Below are positions 27,066 to 43,333 of a DNA stretch of 64,000 nt, one piece after another; within the stretch, counting starts at the first letter, position 1, and the number at the start of each line of letters is the position of its first letter. Position numbers and translations under genes: made by a program. The DNA is from the human T2T-CHM13v2.0 reference genome, Homo sapiens: the NCBI RefSeq assembly GCF_009914755.1, contig NC_060928.1; one strand, 5' to 3'. The notes under the pieces were generated by a model. It had not been told where the DNA came from, did not search any database, and worked only from the letters and a program-made list of their open reading frames with translations.

Positions 27066-29974
27066 TCATCTTTTGGCCCATACACCTCTGGATAGCTTGA
27101 AGAACCAGAAACTTTGTAGAGAAAATTCACATCTGCTAGAGCAAATAACATGCATAGAATAAATAAGAGTAAAAACACAAATTGGGATCTGGATTAGAGA
27201 GAGCCTTGAATGTCTTACTAAAGAGTTTTAGGGTATTACCACCAACCAACACTTACCCAGCATGAGTGAGTGGTATTATTTTAAATAACATGTTAACTTG
27301 TTTTGTCCGCTATTCATAAAATATATTTTGTAATTACATATAATTTACATATAAAATAAGCATTTAGTGTTTTCTGTTGAGTTTTTACCTACACTAAAAA
27401 ACCCTTTCCACAAAAAATATCCAATTAAATGTTATAGAGATAATTACTTCTATAGTAAAGGTACTTGGTTCAGGTCTCTTAGGCCTCCATCAGTAAAACA
27501 GGCATATTAAGACTAGCTGTAGAATAATACTTGCTTGAAATACTGTCATTCAGATTTGCTTCCTACAGTTATCCAAGTCGGAAAGGAACAAGCACAATAG
27601 CCCCTTTTTTCATATAAAGTTATTATAGTATATTACCTGAATTATTTTATAAAGGGTAGTTTGTAACTGATACTAAATAACTCAAAAGTTAATTCAGCCC
27701 TCTTCATAAAATGATACTGCTATGAATTGGAAAATATACATATAAATGTTCATTAAAAGATTAAATTGGCTGCCAAAAATCACACATCATTATTTTACAT
27801 ATTTAGACGGAATTTTTTTCATGCTACTGTAATTATTTTGGTAGTTGAAAATCTAATTTTACCTGTATACTAAATGACTGCTTAATCATAGTGAGCAGAG
27901 ATCTTTATCCTATTCATCTTGATATCCTCAATGCAAAAAAGAAACTTCACATATATTTAACTCTCAATAAATAGAGTAGTATAATGAATATAATACTCTA
28001 TTTTTGAAGAAAGTAATTATACTAAGTATAGAAAAAATCTTTATGAAACTTTGCTATTAGCCACAAAAAGACAGAAAACTTACTTAGAATTCATAGTAAA
28101 GGTCTCAAATATGCTTCCAATCACACTGAAAATATCTGGTCTTGTGTACCTCAAATTTATCTGGTTGTTGCACAGTTCTCATTTAAAGCTTATAAAAGCA
28201 CTGTTAATTTACATTTGTGGCTTAAAGTTTACAAGCAGTATAATTCTGAATTTCTAAGTGAATCCTAAAGGAAAACACTTTACTGCCTACCTCTTTTGTT
28301 GATGTGGAAATGACCTTCAGATATCTAAATTCAATAAGAGAATAGACTTTACACCCGAAGAAACATTGGTTAAGCTGCTAAAAGAGAAGAAATGAATTAT
28401 TTCCATCTGAAAGTTTATAGGTTTGAAAGCAACAGAGCTTTCCTCTATCTTCAACAGCAGTTTGTTCATTAATTAGCCCTTCAATTCCACTTCAATTAAA
28501 TTAACTCTAATTAATAAGTTCATTACAAAGATTGACGCACCTTGCTCAAAGCTAGTGTGCTAAATGCTGATAAACACCATCACCCTAATGAAAAATTGAT
28601 TAGATTGAATAAAAAGGGTACCTCAGAAAGAACCCTCTCACTTCTGGAGCTGGGTTGATGTTATGTTGCTCTGAAGTTAATCAAACTATCTTGAATCTCT
28701 TAATCAAAAGTTTAATTCAAAGGAGATAGAAAATATTGCATGAAAAAACCTGTGTGCTACCCTCTTCCAGTTAATAGTCCTGGGTGTTGTTTATAAAAAA
28801 TATTACAACTCTCGTAGTGCCTTGATAAGGTGTTTAGCCTGTGAGATAGAGAATCACGTGTCTGAGAAATGTTACCTGGGGAATGAATAGGGAAAACAGA
28901 ACATGTGACTACATAAACAGCTACTATTTTTTAATCAAAAAAAGGTTTTAGTACATTTTCTGTTTGTTAGAAATGATTTTAGGTTTTTATTGTTCAGTGC
29001 TTTATTTTTGTAAGAAAACCAAAACTAATCAATAGTCTTAGAATTTTAGGGGAAAAAACTATAGCTAACTTTAATCTTATATGTAAAAATGAAATAACCT
29101 TCAAAGTTTCTTTTACCTTTGCCTCTCCCTGTCTCTCAATTGGAACTAGTTAAATAAAGCTTTTAAGAAAGCTTAAAATTTTTTTTCTTACACATCTGAA
29201 TTCTTTTTAAAGACCTAACCTGGTATTAAAACATTTGAATTCATTTGGTCACTTGTGCTCTTTTCAGTAATTCTAGGAATTGAAAAACCTTGTTTTTCAA
29301 AGGAGAGTCAATTATATGTATTATTAAACTGGTTTTGTACTGTGGACTAAGAAATTTGTATCTGTCAACTGTACAAATTTACTGAATAGGAAAAACAGTT
29401 TCTTTTTACATGCATGTCTGTGTCAGAAGCAAGCTAATTTACTTAAGTAGATTCCTCTTAGTGAAAGTTTCTGAATATTTAAAACATTTAAATGTGGCAT
29501 TAGAAACAACCCCATTTCAAATTCTTGCCATATGTATGAAATCCAAGTCCTGTTAGATACCTGAGATGCTGAGATGCTGAAATATTTCATTAATTTGGGG
29601 ATGGGGGTGTGGGGACATGTTTTCTTGGTGATAGGTGTATATAAATATGACCACCCTCTATATATGTAATGTTTTCTATATAAAGTATTGTATATGTAAA
29701 GAAATTATTTCTAACAATTGTCATGTGTATTTTCTGCATGATTAGAGCAGCATGTAAAATTAAATGATGAATAAAGACGTAGAGTTCCACCATTGATCAT
29801 TTCCTAGTAGTCAGTGCTGAAATTTACGTAGCATACAAATACTTTTGATTTCTTTTGGATGATTTTGTGTTTCCCTTGAACAAATTTGTGTGGAAGATAA
29901 AAGCTGCTTATTAATTCCCCTTCTCTCTCCCGCCACTCTTCTCTCCTGTTTTGTGTCCTCTTCCTCCCACATAG

Positions 29975-30160
29975 AAATATGTTCTGTGGACTGTGGCTCA
30001 CACGGCGTTTGCATGGGGGGGACGTGTCGCTGTGAAGAAGGCTGGACGGGCCCAGCCTGTAATCAGAGAGCCTGCCACCCCCGCTGTGCCGAGCACGGGA
30101 CCTGCAAGGATGGCAAGTGTGAATGCAGCCAGGGCTGGAATGGAGAGCACTGCACTATCG
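29975..30160 (+). CDS. TENM3: TENM3 coding exon (186 nt), EGF-like repeats 6-7
   Basis: Long pyrimidine tract, cccacatag|AA ... ATCG|gtaggc; phase 1 to 1. (E)[61 protein letters not shown]. Confidence 0.96.
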
Positions 30161-31279
30161 GTAGGCTTACTGCAAGTCTGTGTCTGTCCCCTTCCTCCCA
30201 GAGAAGAGCACCGACGGTCAGCTGTTTTCAACTTGGAAAAAGCCTATTTCTTTACGTTATTTTTTACTTGTCTTTCTTAACACGAAATTATTTTTTAAAT
30301 ATGGTTGTCATTTTATAATGGCAATTCAGTTCTTTTTAGAACAGCTGTCACAAGTATGAGCTATAAACTTTTTTATTCATTGGTTTTTGGGACGGCCACA
30401 AAAATGGACTCACATAAAACAGACTTAATGATTTGTTTATGTGAAGTTTTATCGAATATTACTTCTTGATGTTCCATATTGTCATTGCATTTCTTAATAG
30501 CAGATTTTCCACTTTAGAAAAAAATGCTTTAAATTTTTTTCAAATATATGCCCTTGTTGGCCTCTGTAGTTTCCAGAATCACATAGCTTAGACTTGTCCA
30601 TATCTTGAGTCTCTGCAAAAGAGGTTTGACTTATTATGACTTCATTTTGTGGTATCATGAGAAATAAAGTAGAATCATATGTACAAATCTCGCTGCTCTT
30701 AAACAAACCTGTATGGTTAACACTTTTTCATATATGATGACATTTGTGAACATCTGTAGGTTAAATAAAACCATCAGATAGATGTTTCAGATCAAAACAT
30801 TAGTATATAAACAATATTTAGCATAGATACAAAAGTATCCAAAACATATATATCATGTTTTCAAGATACTTAGTGTCTTTGCTTTTACCATTTGTCACTA
30901 AAATTAAAATGTTTAATTTTAAAAGTACAACAAAAGTAAGTAATAAATTTCTATATCACTTCAGTGAAAGTACACAGTATTAATTATAAGTGGCACGGTC
31001 CTACCAAAATTTCAGAATTTGTGGTATAGTATTTCTCCACATTGTTTTACATCCCTAGGGTGAAATTTGATAAATCTGTTGTGGGGAGTGTCAGTGTCTT
31101 TTAAAGATTTCTTCTTCCGATGTATCCGTAAGTATTATGTACTTCGCTTTTTTGCTCACAGGATTTGGTTAGCCGGGAACTTTGTCATGGGAAAATTGAA
31201 ATCATATGTGTCTTATAAATTGTCACAAGTGTGTCATTATACACTTCATGTAAGTTTTTTTCTAATCTTACTGACATCC

Positions 31280-31982
31280 TTGACATCTGTTTCAAGGGTC
31301 CCACCACGCCCCCACGCTGGTGATCTTCAAGAAGAACTCAGGACCCAGAGGTAGTTGTGTCATGGCTATAATGTATCACAACCAGAAAGAAAAAAGACAC
31401 ATCCGGCAGAGTCTGCAGAAATCCATGCACAGGCTTCCTATCTTCCTTCTCTCCCACTAGGAGAGGTCATGTGTAGCATGCTCCTTTTCCCAGCAGCGAA
31501 ACGAATCGACATATTTGCAGTATTTCTGCCCAGGGAAGCCTGTTCGAGACTTAGAGCAAACTTGTCCAACCTGAGGCCTGTGGGCCGTATGCGGCCCAGG
31601 ACAGCTTTGAATGAGGCCCAACACAAATTCATAAACTTTCTTAAAACATGATGAGTTTTTCCTGCAATTTTTTAGCTCATCAGCTATTGTTAGTGTTAAT
31701 GTATGTTTTGTGTGGTCCAAGACAATTTTTATTCTTCCAGTGTGGCCCAGAGAAGCCTAAAGATGGACTTTCCTGACTTAGAGTCTAAGATTTTTATTGG
31801 GGCTTCTCCAGGAGGTATCCTCTGTCTGCCACAACCACCAAAATTCCAACTCTCCTAAGAAGAGTAGGTGTGGACAAAATAACCTTATCAGTGTAGGGAA
31901 CATCCAAATTTCCAGATGCCAGCCAAGGGCCAGCCCGCCAAAATCCTGCAGATCAGGCCCACTGTTAGCTCTTACTTGCACA
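31280..31982. mobile_element. MER21-family solo LTR interrupted by MER30
   Basis: Motifs gaactcaggac..., ccagggaagc..., tttttattgggg, caaaattcca..., cagatgccagccaagggcca, ending ttgcaca; start approximate. Confidence 0.65.
31557..31775 (-). mobile_element. MER30 (non-autonomous hAT-Charlie)
   Basis: caaacttgtccaacc...gcggcccaggacagctttgaat...tagctcatcagctattgttagtgtt; perfect 8-bp TSD acttagag (31549-31556 and 31776-31783). Confidence 0.9.
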
Positions 31983-34900
31983 GCATCCTTGGAGCTTCGC
32001 TTGTTGCATTGGAGCTTCCCGCCTGAAATCAACAACAGGTGCCCACAGTCATAGCGCTTGCACAGGGCTCGTCCCCACTGATGTGGCTTTCCCCTCCCAA
32101 AGAGGCTTTGTAGGGCAGTGGCAGCAGGTTGTTCATGTGAACTACATTAAGGCAGAAGAAAGTTGATGAGCAGGATTTGTGTATCTTTTTGTGGCCATAC
32201 AAGGGACAATGCAATACCTCTATAACCAAACAGCTCCATGCCCCAGGTCCCAGAATGCCTATATACCAGAGGCAGGGCAGGAAAACTATACCTCTGATCA
32301 CATTCCCTCATTCTTTGTGACTCCACCACCCGATACCCGATACATCAGAAGAAATGAGTTGAGTCTAGCTGAGGGAGAAAAGTTATGATCTGACTGTATG
32401 TATCTTAGGAAGTACAACAAACACGTGTGTATAGCTTTGAAAACCAGGAAGTGTGCCAAAAAGTTATCCATAGGCGGATTTAACTTACCAACCAATAGTT
32501 ATTCAACAAATCATTTTAGTGTTGTTCTCAGTGGCCTTGGTATTATTACATGGATAATAGTTTCCCATAGATGAGCTGTTCTTGAACAAATTTCTAGTTG
32601 TTTAGGAACAAACAGGATTTTTATTAGCAGTGGGTCTTTGTATTATAATTTAATAAACCCTGCAATAGTTCTTAACAATTCCATTTCCTATCATTTTAAT
32701 TTATTCTGTTGCTTTTATACTCCATATGAATAACATTGTGGGAAATAAGGGACCTGCTTCATTTACAAATAAATCTTAGATGTGAACCTTTTAAAAGATG
32801 TAGAGCACCTTTAAAGCATTCTGCTCTTTTATACTAATAAGATGAGTTATTTCCAATTTTGGCATACAAAGATCCAATTGCCTTTCCCCTGTTTCCTTAC
32901 TACCTGTGTATATGCCCACCATAGTTTCCTGGTTAGGGCCCTTAGTGGCCCTACGGGGCCATTTGTGAGCCACAGATTAAACACCCAGGAAACTCTGGTG
33001 TGTTTTCTCACTTGGGATGGTTACTGTTCTTGCATTTCCTCCCCATTTTAACCCCTACGCATCTGGCTGAAAGAAGCTGCCACTTGGTGAAAGAATGCTC
33101 ATAAATCAGCCAGATTTTTTTCTTTCTCCATATTATATGCCATCTCATTGAATACCAAACAGGAAGGTTAATTGAAAGAGAAATGGAGGAGAAAGTAAAC
33201 AGAAGCAAACAAAAATTCCCACTAGAAAGCAAAGGACATTCTTCATTAGTCATCCTACTGTCTTCATAAACTCTGTCTATGCTTTCATAAAACCATAGGC
33301 ATTTTGATAGTAAAATAGGTTATGAATTTGGAGTGTTCACTGAACACCCTGTCTACCTGAAAGGGTTCTATTCTGATATTTTTATTAGAGTATTCATATT
33401 TTCCTCTCATTATGAATCATGTGTTCAGCAAATTAGGCATATTCGTCTGCAGGTTCATCATCCCAAGTCCTCCTTTCTTGGGTTTCCCTTTGATTGGTGA
33501 TGCATGCAGATGGAAAATGAAACAAGGAGAAATCTACTTTTAGCAATATTGTGATTAAAATAGATACTTCTCCTTTCCTCCCCAGAAAGCATTCATGATT
33601 ATTAGACCCTTTAATAAATAAAGAAAAAGAGAAGTTACATGATTAAACCACATCAAATAAGCACCAGTACTTACTGCTAAAATGATTTAACAGTAATAGC
33701 ACCGATATAGATGCTCCACTACAAAAATACTCTCTTTTATATGTGACCATTCCATATAAGCTTCAAAGGATTATACTCATGTGCTGCCACTGTTTTTCAT
33801 GGGTAGGAAATATGTAAAAATATTTAGAGGATTCAGAGACAAGTTAAAAATAAATATAATGAAATGTTTTTTAAATAATAGTTGACATAATAAGAATATT
33901 ATCTGGCTATCTCTATGTAAAAAAGCTTCAACAGTTCTGTCATCTGAGAGTTGAGGTAGGTCAGAGAAATTGGGCTTCTTCTTGCTTAGAAAAAGAGGGA
34001 AAATCTCCTATGGGACTGTCCTGTGGATGCAGTTAGTTGGCCATAGATGCAATGCAAATGCAGTGGTAGGCTCTGCTGAACAGATGGTTATAGGCAGAGT
34101 CAATCACTTTTAAGTGTAATACGAAGTAAATAACCTGGACAATGATAAATACTAAGTACCAAATTTTTACTACTGCTAACCTATCACTTCCACAAGAACC
34201 ATTCTTTTTAGTATTTGTTGAAGAGGTTTACCCCAGAATTCATTCATTTGTATCCCAGAGAATTGGAGGCTGTAAGTGAGATTGAGACCATAGCAGGGTA
34301 ATGATTGAATAACATATTTGATTGTTATCTACTATGGAGGGTTGTTGTGAAGGAAAAGAAGACTCAGCTCTCTGTAGACAGGCAAGTTGTCTTCTGGAGG
34401 CTGATTGGCATTTTCCATTTATCCAGGAGACAGAAATGGAGAATATGGGTTTACAATGTATAAATGTTTGTTAGATATAATGAAGAAGCTCGAGTCAGAA
34501 AGCATATTTAAATCCTGGAACAAGCTACTCAAGAAATTTTGGAACCTCCCAAGTAATCGTAGTATTGTTAAAGTTTAATACTATGATTACTTAGGTGTGA
34601 AACACTGGAGGTTTCGTCAGTTCTTTTTGTTAGCTTAAGGAGTATTTTTAGAATGGGAGTTTTTTTTTTAACTTCTCTCCATCCGTTATCCTAAAAGATC
34701 AAGTCTCTTGTGTAGTAGCCCTATTTGAAGGACCCCTCAAGGTCTCTTGCAGTTCTAGGATTTTTTCGCTGTTGATAATTTCTGCTTTATTTGGAAAACT
34801 ACTAGATTTAAACATGGGGTTCTCTTTTTATCTCTATGTCATTTAACTTTTTGTTTTTCCTATGGCATTGAAACATAGTGAGAAACCATCTTCACTTTTT

Positions 34901-35136
34901 CAGATCATTTGGGGTTTGTTTTGTGGGATGCTCTACTTTGCATGCCTCACTTACTTTTTATTTGTTAATTAATTCATTTATGTGTCCAGTAAGCAATTAT
35001 TGAACATCTCTTCTGTGATACTGAGAACAATTTCTTACAAAAGTCAGTGTAAGATAATAAAAAAGGTATGGGCTTTGCCATTTTAAATAAAATGTTTTTA
35101 GGTCAGTTTTACAATTTATTCACTATAACTGGTATC

Positions 35137-35403
<267 letters not shown>

Positions 35404-35899
35404 TTTAGCTTTTATCTTAACTGTTCTTAGCCTCAGTTGGGTTTTTTCGCAATGTAAAATGGCTATAATAGTACATATATGAGATTTTGAAGCAGAATAA
35501 TGTTTAAGAGCTTTGGGAATTGAAATTCTTGCCGTACCACTGAGTGACCTTGGGCAAGTCATTTAACCTGTTTTATATGAAATGTGAATATTATGTACTT
35601 CATGGGATTATTAGAATTAAATGGAATACTAGAATGTAAAGCATTTAGCAAATAATGTTCAATAAATTCAAGTTTTAATTTTGTTATTAAGTGTAAATGA
35701 GACAAAGTACAACCCAGAAAATGTTTTGGGTGCCAACATTCAAAAACAAGAACAACAGAACAAAACTCCTGTCCAGGACATTTACTTTAAAGAGTTAATG
35801 ACATTTGCATTTTATTATTATAAAATATAATCTAGTCTCATAATGGATATTGTTTAACAAGAAATTTGTATGTTTGGGTTAAGGGTTTGAGGGTTGGTT

Positions 35900-36222
35900 T
35901 TATTTTTTTTTAATTTTCATTTATTTTTTTATTTTTGAGACAGGGTCTCACTCAGTTGCCCAGGCTGGACTGCGGTGATACGGTCACGGCTCACTGCAGC
36001 CTCTGCCTCCTGAGCCCAAGTGATCCTCCCACGTCAGCCTCCCGAATAGCTGGGACCTCAGGAGTGTGCCACCACACCTGGCTCATTTTTTGTATTTTTG
36101 TGGAGAAGGGGTTTCTTCATGTTGCCCAGGCGGGCTGGTCTCACACTCCAGGACGCAAGCAATCCACCTGCCTCAGCCTCCCAAGGTGCTGGGATTATAA
36201 GCATGAGCCACCGCACCCAGCC
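35900..36222 (-). mobile_element. AluJ-like element
   Basis: gagacagggtctcact..., cactgcagcctc, caagcaatccacc. Confidence 0.88.
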
Positions 36223-37056
36223 GAGAGTTGTTTTTTAAAATCGTGATGATGAAAGAAAGGTGGAGGATATTGATGTATTTTTCTTCTAGTAATGTCTCAA
36301 ACACAGAGTTGTATATTGAGCTACATTGATTTTCATGTACTTTTAGGCAGTTCACTTGGAAATTTGGCCTAGGGGAAATCCTAATTCCTTTAAACTACAA
36401 AAGAGCAGCTATTTGTTTTTATTCTAATTCTTAGTACATTAGGAAACAAGATCATTAATGATCACAAAGACATGCTTTGTTTGCTCAGACAAAACTCACA
36501 CATGCAGTACTCAGCATCCTCTGTTAAACACCAGGGCTGCCCTTGGGCTTTGGGATGCCGAAGGTTAGAAATTGAGAATGAAATGCACACAGCTGGGGAG
36601 GTATTTCGGAAACAAGATGGGGTGGAAAGAGAGAAAGAGCAAAACTTTTACTGATACAGACAAGCTTAGGCTTGGTGTTCTAATTCTTATCTCAGATAAT
36701 GGTGAAAGAATAGTACTTTAATTGTTAAATTAAAAAGTAAGTGACAAATTTGAAAATAAAATGACCACTCTGATAAGTGCTTCACTTAAATTACAAAACT
36801 CAATATTCTTTGCAACTTTTGTAGTGTTTCCCAGATTGAGCATCATATCCAAAATAAAACAATATGTAATTCTAAAAATATCTTTTTAGATTTTAAGTCA
36901 CATTTTGTTTATAATTTCCAATAACAGTGGATATGGGGCACCACATCATACCCACAAATAGCTGTTCTGGGAGGCATTTGGCTTCACATCAGTCAGTGGT
37001 TGGTAGTGGTGATGAAAGGCAACCTTGCGCCAAACTACCAGCGTCCCTGACCTTGC

Positions 37057-38728
<1,672 letters not shown>

Positions 38729-38930
38729 GTTCCAGCTCTGTCACTTCATATCTGTATGATCTTGGGAAATTACTTAAGCCCCCCTGTGCCTCAGTTTACT
38801 CATCTATAAAGTGGGAATGAAAATAGTAACTACCTCGTAGAGTCCCTGAGAGTATTAAATGGGTCAGGTCATGTGGAAGAGCACTTAGCACAGTGCCTGG
38901 CACACAGTAAACACCCTATAGATGTTTCTT
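38729..38930 (+). mobile_element. MIR fragment
   Basis: tgtatgatcttgggaaattacttaa...gcctcagtttactcatctataaa...agcacttagcacagtgcctggcacacagtaa. Confidence 0.82.
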
Positions 38931-41900
38931 GTTGTTGTTGTTGCTGGTCGTTGGACTGAAATTCATAACAAACTGACTGTGACTAATTCCTCCCTGCTAA
39001 ATCTTGTCTCTAGGCAGAGGAATTAGCCTCGGCTAATTCTTCCAGAAAAAACAGGAGTGCATGCTGGATACAAGGAGAGCTAATCCCCTCTGCCTCCTGG
39101 CACATGAATAGTCTGGACATAGATGCCTCATGATCTGTCATTCACAGTGGAAAGTGGGTCGCCAAGGAGGCAGCAGGCGTGGAGTTGAGGGGGAGATTCT
39201 CCTAAACTGACCTGATTGGCGCTGAAAATCTAGGGGAAATTCTCCTAAATTGACAGGCTGAAAAACCTTCTGTGAAGCTTGCAGAACGAGAACTTCTTGA
39301 GGTCCCTCCTGCTCTGCAAGTCCCAGTGATTCTCAGTAATAAGAAATTTGATGGACAGAGGGGATAGAGATCCCTGAGAGAGTCATGGAAAGCCCCCTTC
39401 AGAACTCGGGAGTATCACCCATGTTCTGAGAACCGGGCTGATTTCGGTGTCTGTTTCTTCCATTGAGATGACAGTATCCACTGGCAGCTATCCACTGGGG
39501 GCCTTCCAATACTGTTTTTCTCATTTTAGTCTAGTTTCTTCAGTTAACAGTTTTATAAACACTACTTTAGCCTCTGTAATCCCCTCAGACTTGTAATTTT
39601 TAAAAGAAGAGGTCACTTAATCTCTTTTCTACAAATGCAAACCTGGTTCCTCTGACCTTTCTAAAAGGTGGAGGCCCTGTTTGGTTGTCAGTATTCTCTA
39701 CTGTTTCAATATTTTTAAAACTACTACAAAGATAATGTTTATTTTGATGTTGTAATCTATGTTGATGTTGCAGTTTGTCTGTCCTTCAAATTCTTCTTTC
39801 GTATTTGCTTGTCTTTACATACACCAATTTCATCAAAAAAAGGACATGGAGCCTTGGGTTCCGCTTCCTTGCAGCCAGCATTGAGAGCAATGGCAGATCT
39901 GCACTCTGAGCCAAATTCGTCTTTCGCTCAGTGTTCCACAGCCTGTTGAGTGAGAGAGTAATCAACCACCAAAAACAAATTTAGTGGCCTAAATTTGAAA
40001 CTTTAGTAAGTTTGACTCTGTGTTTCTATCATAGTTTAGCCTTAAATACTACCTGCCAAGGGTTTATGAAATCATTCCATTTCTACTGTTACAATCTGTA
40101 TACTATAAAGCCCCAAAGGTGGTAGTAATTTGGACTCTTCTACCAACCTCTGGTGAAGTGTGTTACAGATTTAACCTTGTAGTGTCCCTCCTTCCTTATC
40201 TCCTTCACCTTCCCGTGTGAGTCATACGATGACGTCTCCAAAAGTCCCATTAGAATTACAACTGCAACTCAGATTACAGATTACATCCTCAAAAAAGTAG
40301 GTGAGACTCCTCACTGACTTCTGCACCTGACTTGCTGTGTAACCGTCAGGAAAAGTCACAGTCCCGAGGGCCATGTGGATACACGTTCTCCAGTCATGTT
40401 GGTGATTTATTTTCCACTAAAGAATTTCCCAAGGCCTCGGTTTCTGTCCCTTAGAATGGGAGTAAGTGTGGGGATAAACAGCTCTCACTATTGACATCAG
40501 GCCTTGAGTTCCCTCTTTCTCCACCCTATCCTTCATGCCGTAATTTATCCTCATGAAAAAGACAGGCAGCAGCATAGTCATCAGCTAGAGCTGCGTGGTT
40601 TCATATCAGACGGCAGTGCCAGTGCTACTGAGAGGTAAATTTCTAGGACAGGTGTGTTGTTTTGGGAAACGTTAGATGTGTTTTTTCCATACTTTAGAAA
40701 AGGAGCATTTTTTGAGGCCTTCTGAGACTCAATTCTGAGTGTAAATAATTGCTTGGTGGGTGAATACATCTGGATTTAACATACGTTTTTCCACTGAAGT
40801 GATTTACACATAGCTGTGAGGATGAGAAGTTAGAATTCTTGAAAAGAAATACGCTTCACATACTCTTCACGTCCTTGTTTAGGGTCATATGATAAATGAA
40901 TTCTATACTGTGGTGTTTACTTGTGCAGGAATTTCTTTCCGGTCTACCTCCTGTGGTCTAACTTGAGTCCCAATAGCTATTGCTAAATTAAGCTTTCTCC
41001 TACAAGGCCCACTGGAAGGCGGGCCCACTGGCATTAGAATCAGCTGTTTCAGAAAGAATGGAGAGTTAAACCTGTTGTGATTTTTCTCAACTGGGAGCAA
41101 TACATAAGCAACTTGAGGATTTGTATTGTTTTTTGATAAGTTAGATGTCATTGAAATATGCCTGATTCCTTTAGGCTTGGCAAACCCGATTCCTTCCTTT
41201 CCCAGGACCTCGTGTTTGTTTCCCACTGTGAAATTAATGGTTTGCTAACTAGTTCTTTTAAGTCTCAAAACAGTTTACTGTGTAGTGGCTCTGTGTCTTA
41301 GGGAAACAATTTATAAATTATAATTATTATCTCAAGGAAATTTTTGAATCCATTAATTTTAATTACAGTTATATGCCAGGCCAGAAATTTAAAATATGAA
41401 TATAGCCATGTATTCATGCCTGTGGTTTCCATTTTTCTTTCTGAAACCGCATGCCTCATGTTAAGCCAATATAAGTTGTTTTTTAAAAAGTTTATTGAGA
41501 GACATGTTATCTGAATAAAAGCCGAGTAAGTGATATGTCAAATTCATATGATACTGTTTCATTACAAACTTGACATTTTGTTCCTTTACTAATATACTAG
41601 AGGATCTTTTTTCCATTTGGAACACCTCATTAATTTGTATCTTTTAAAAACCATCTAAGATCTAAATTACCACCGAAACCGAGTATATTGGAGGTTTTAA
41701 AGCTCAGTTGACTGGATATACAATTTAACCAGAAATAAAGATAGAAAATGCTCCTTCTGCTTGCCAAGTTCATCAGAAGCCTTTTATTGAAAAGTTTAGA
41801 TCCAAGGCATTTAAGAGTGAAACCAGCTGCAGAATAATATGTTGTCAGCTATTTCACAATATCAGCAAGGAAGAGAAAGATTCTCTCGAGTTCCAGATTA

Positions 41901-42972
41901 TAAGGATGCCACATGCTTCCCAAAAGTAAGCCAGGTAACTGGAGAGTGAAAGGCAGCTAGTGAGGTGTTTATGAGGCTTTGAAGTAATATTCCTTATATG
42001 CTGAGATCCTTATTACCTAATGGGGTAAATAAAATGTTGGGACTTTTCATTCAGTTTAATGTAAGGGTAGAGAAATTAAGCCCACAATTTTAAGAAGTAT
42101 GATTATCCCTTCCCACATGGTATGTTGTTATCTTTTCAATGGCAGAATTTATCTTTGCCATTTCTTGAATATGACAAGTTGAAAATAGCCTCTTTTCATT
42201 TTAAAACAGTCCCTCTCCCACCTCCCTATTTTAAAGTGCAAGTTTGGTTGTGGTGTCTGTCCATACGGAAGCACAGCCTTCCAGCAGCCTTCGTATTTAA
42301 CATATTCGCAGATTATGGTGTGACTGGAGCCAATTTTTGTCTGTTGCTCTTCATGATAAGTTCAGTGACCCTCTCTTTTTTGAGTGCCTCTTTAATGAAG
42401 CTGGAAGCCAGCTGTCTGAAATATGACTATCATTTCTGGGATTTAACAGGCATGTACCTTGGATAAATTAAGGAGCAGTCAAAGGAGGTCCATAAATTTG
42501 AATACTTTGCCAGCTGCTTTTCCATTAAACTCTGTTGGTTGAATGAAATTAGTAAATAATTATGTTGGTGGGGAATCTACTACATCTAAATGTGATATAA
42601 TGTCTTCCTTTAACAACAGAGCTTAATTTTTCTTATATACTAAATTAGTTTTTAGGGTAATCTACATTGCAAATTGGTCAATTTGCATCAAAACTATGCC
42701 TAGTTGTTCTGATTTGTCAACACCTCTTTTTAAAAAAGTCTTTAACTTTAAGCATGGGTGGGTAAGACCATCTGCTTGTAGAGCTCGCCTGCAGCTCCAC
42801 CACTTAGTGCACGAGACAGGTTACAGCTGCTTAATTGTTATGGTGTTGAATGATTACCATTCTGTCCAAAATTAATATTTATATATGTGTCCACAGAAAG
42901 CATGTGGTTAAACATAAGCAATCTAATTGTGAATTAATGACATAAGGTATTCATTAATGAGTCCCCACCTGA

Positions 42973-43333
<361 letters not shown>

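Noticed and set aside
27969-28003. AT-rich hairpin; small stems also at about 54452-54470 and 52380-52410
   Set aside because: Too short and AT-rich for a miRNA or structured RNA call; expected by chance.
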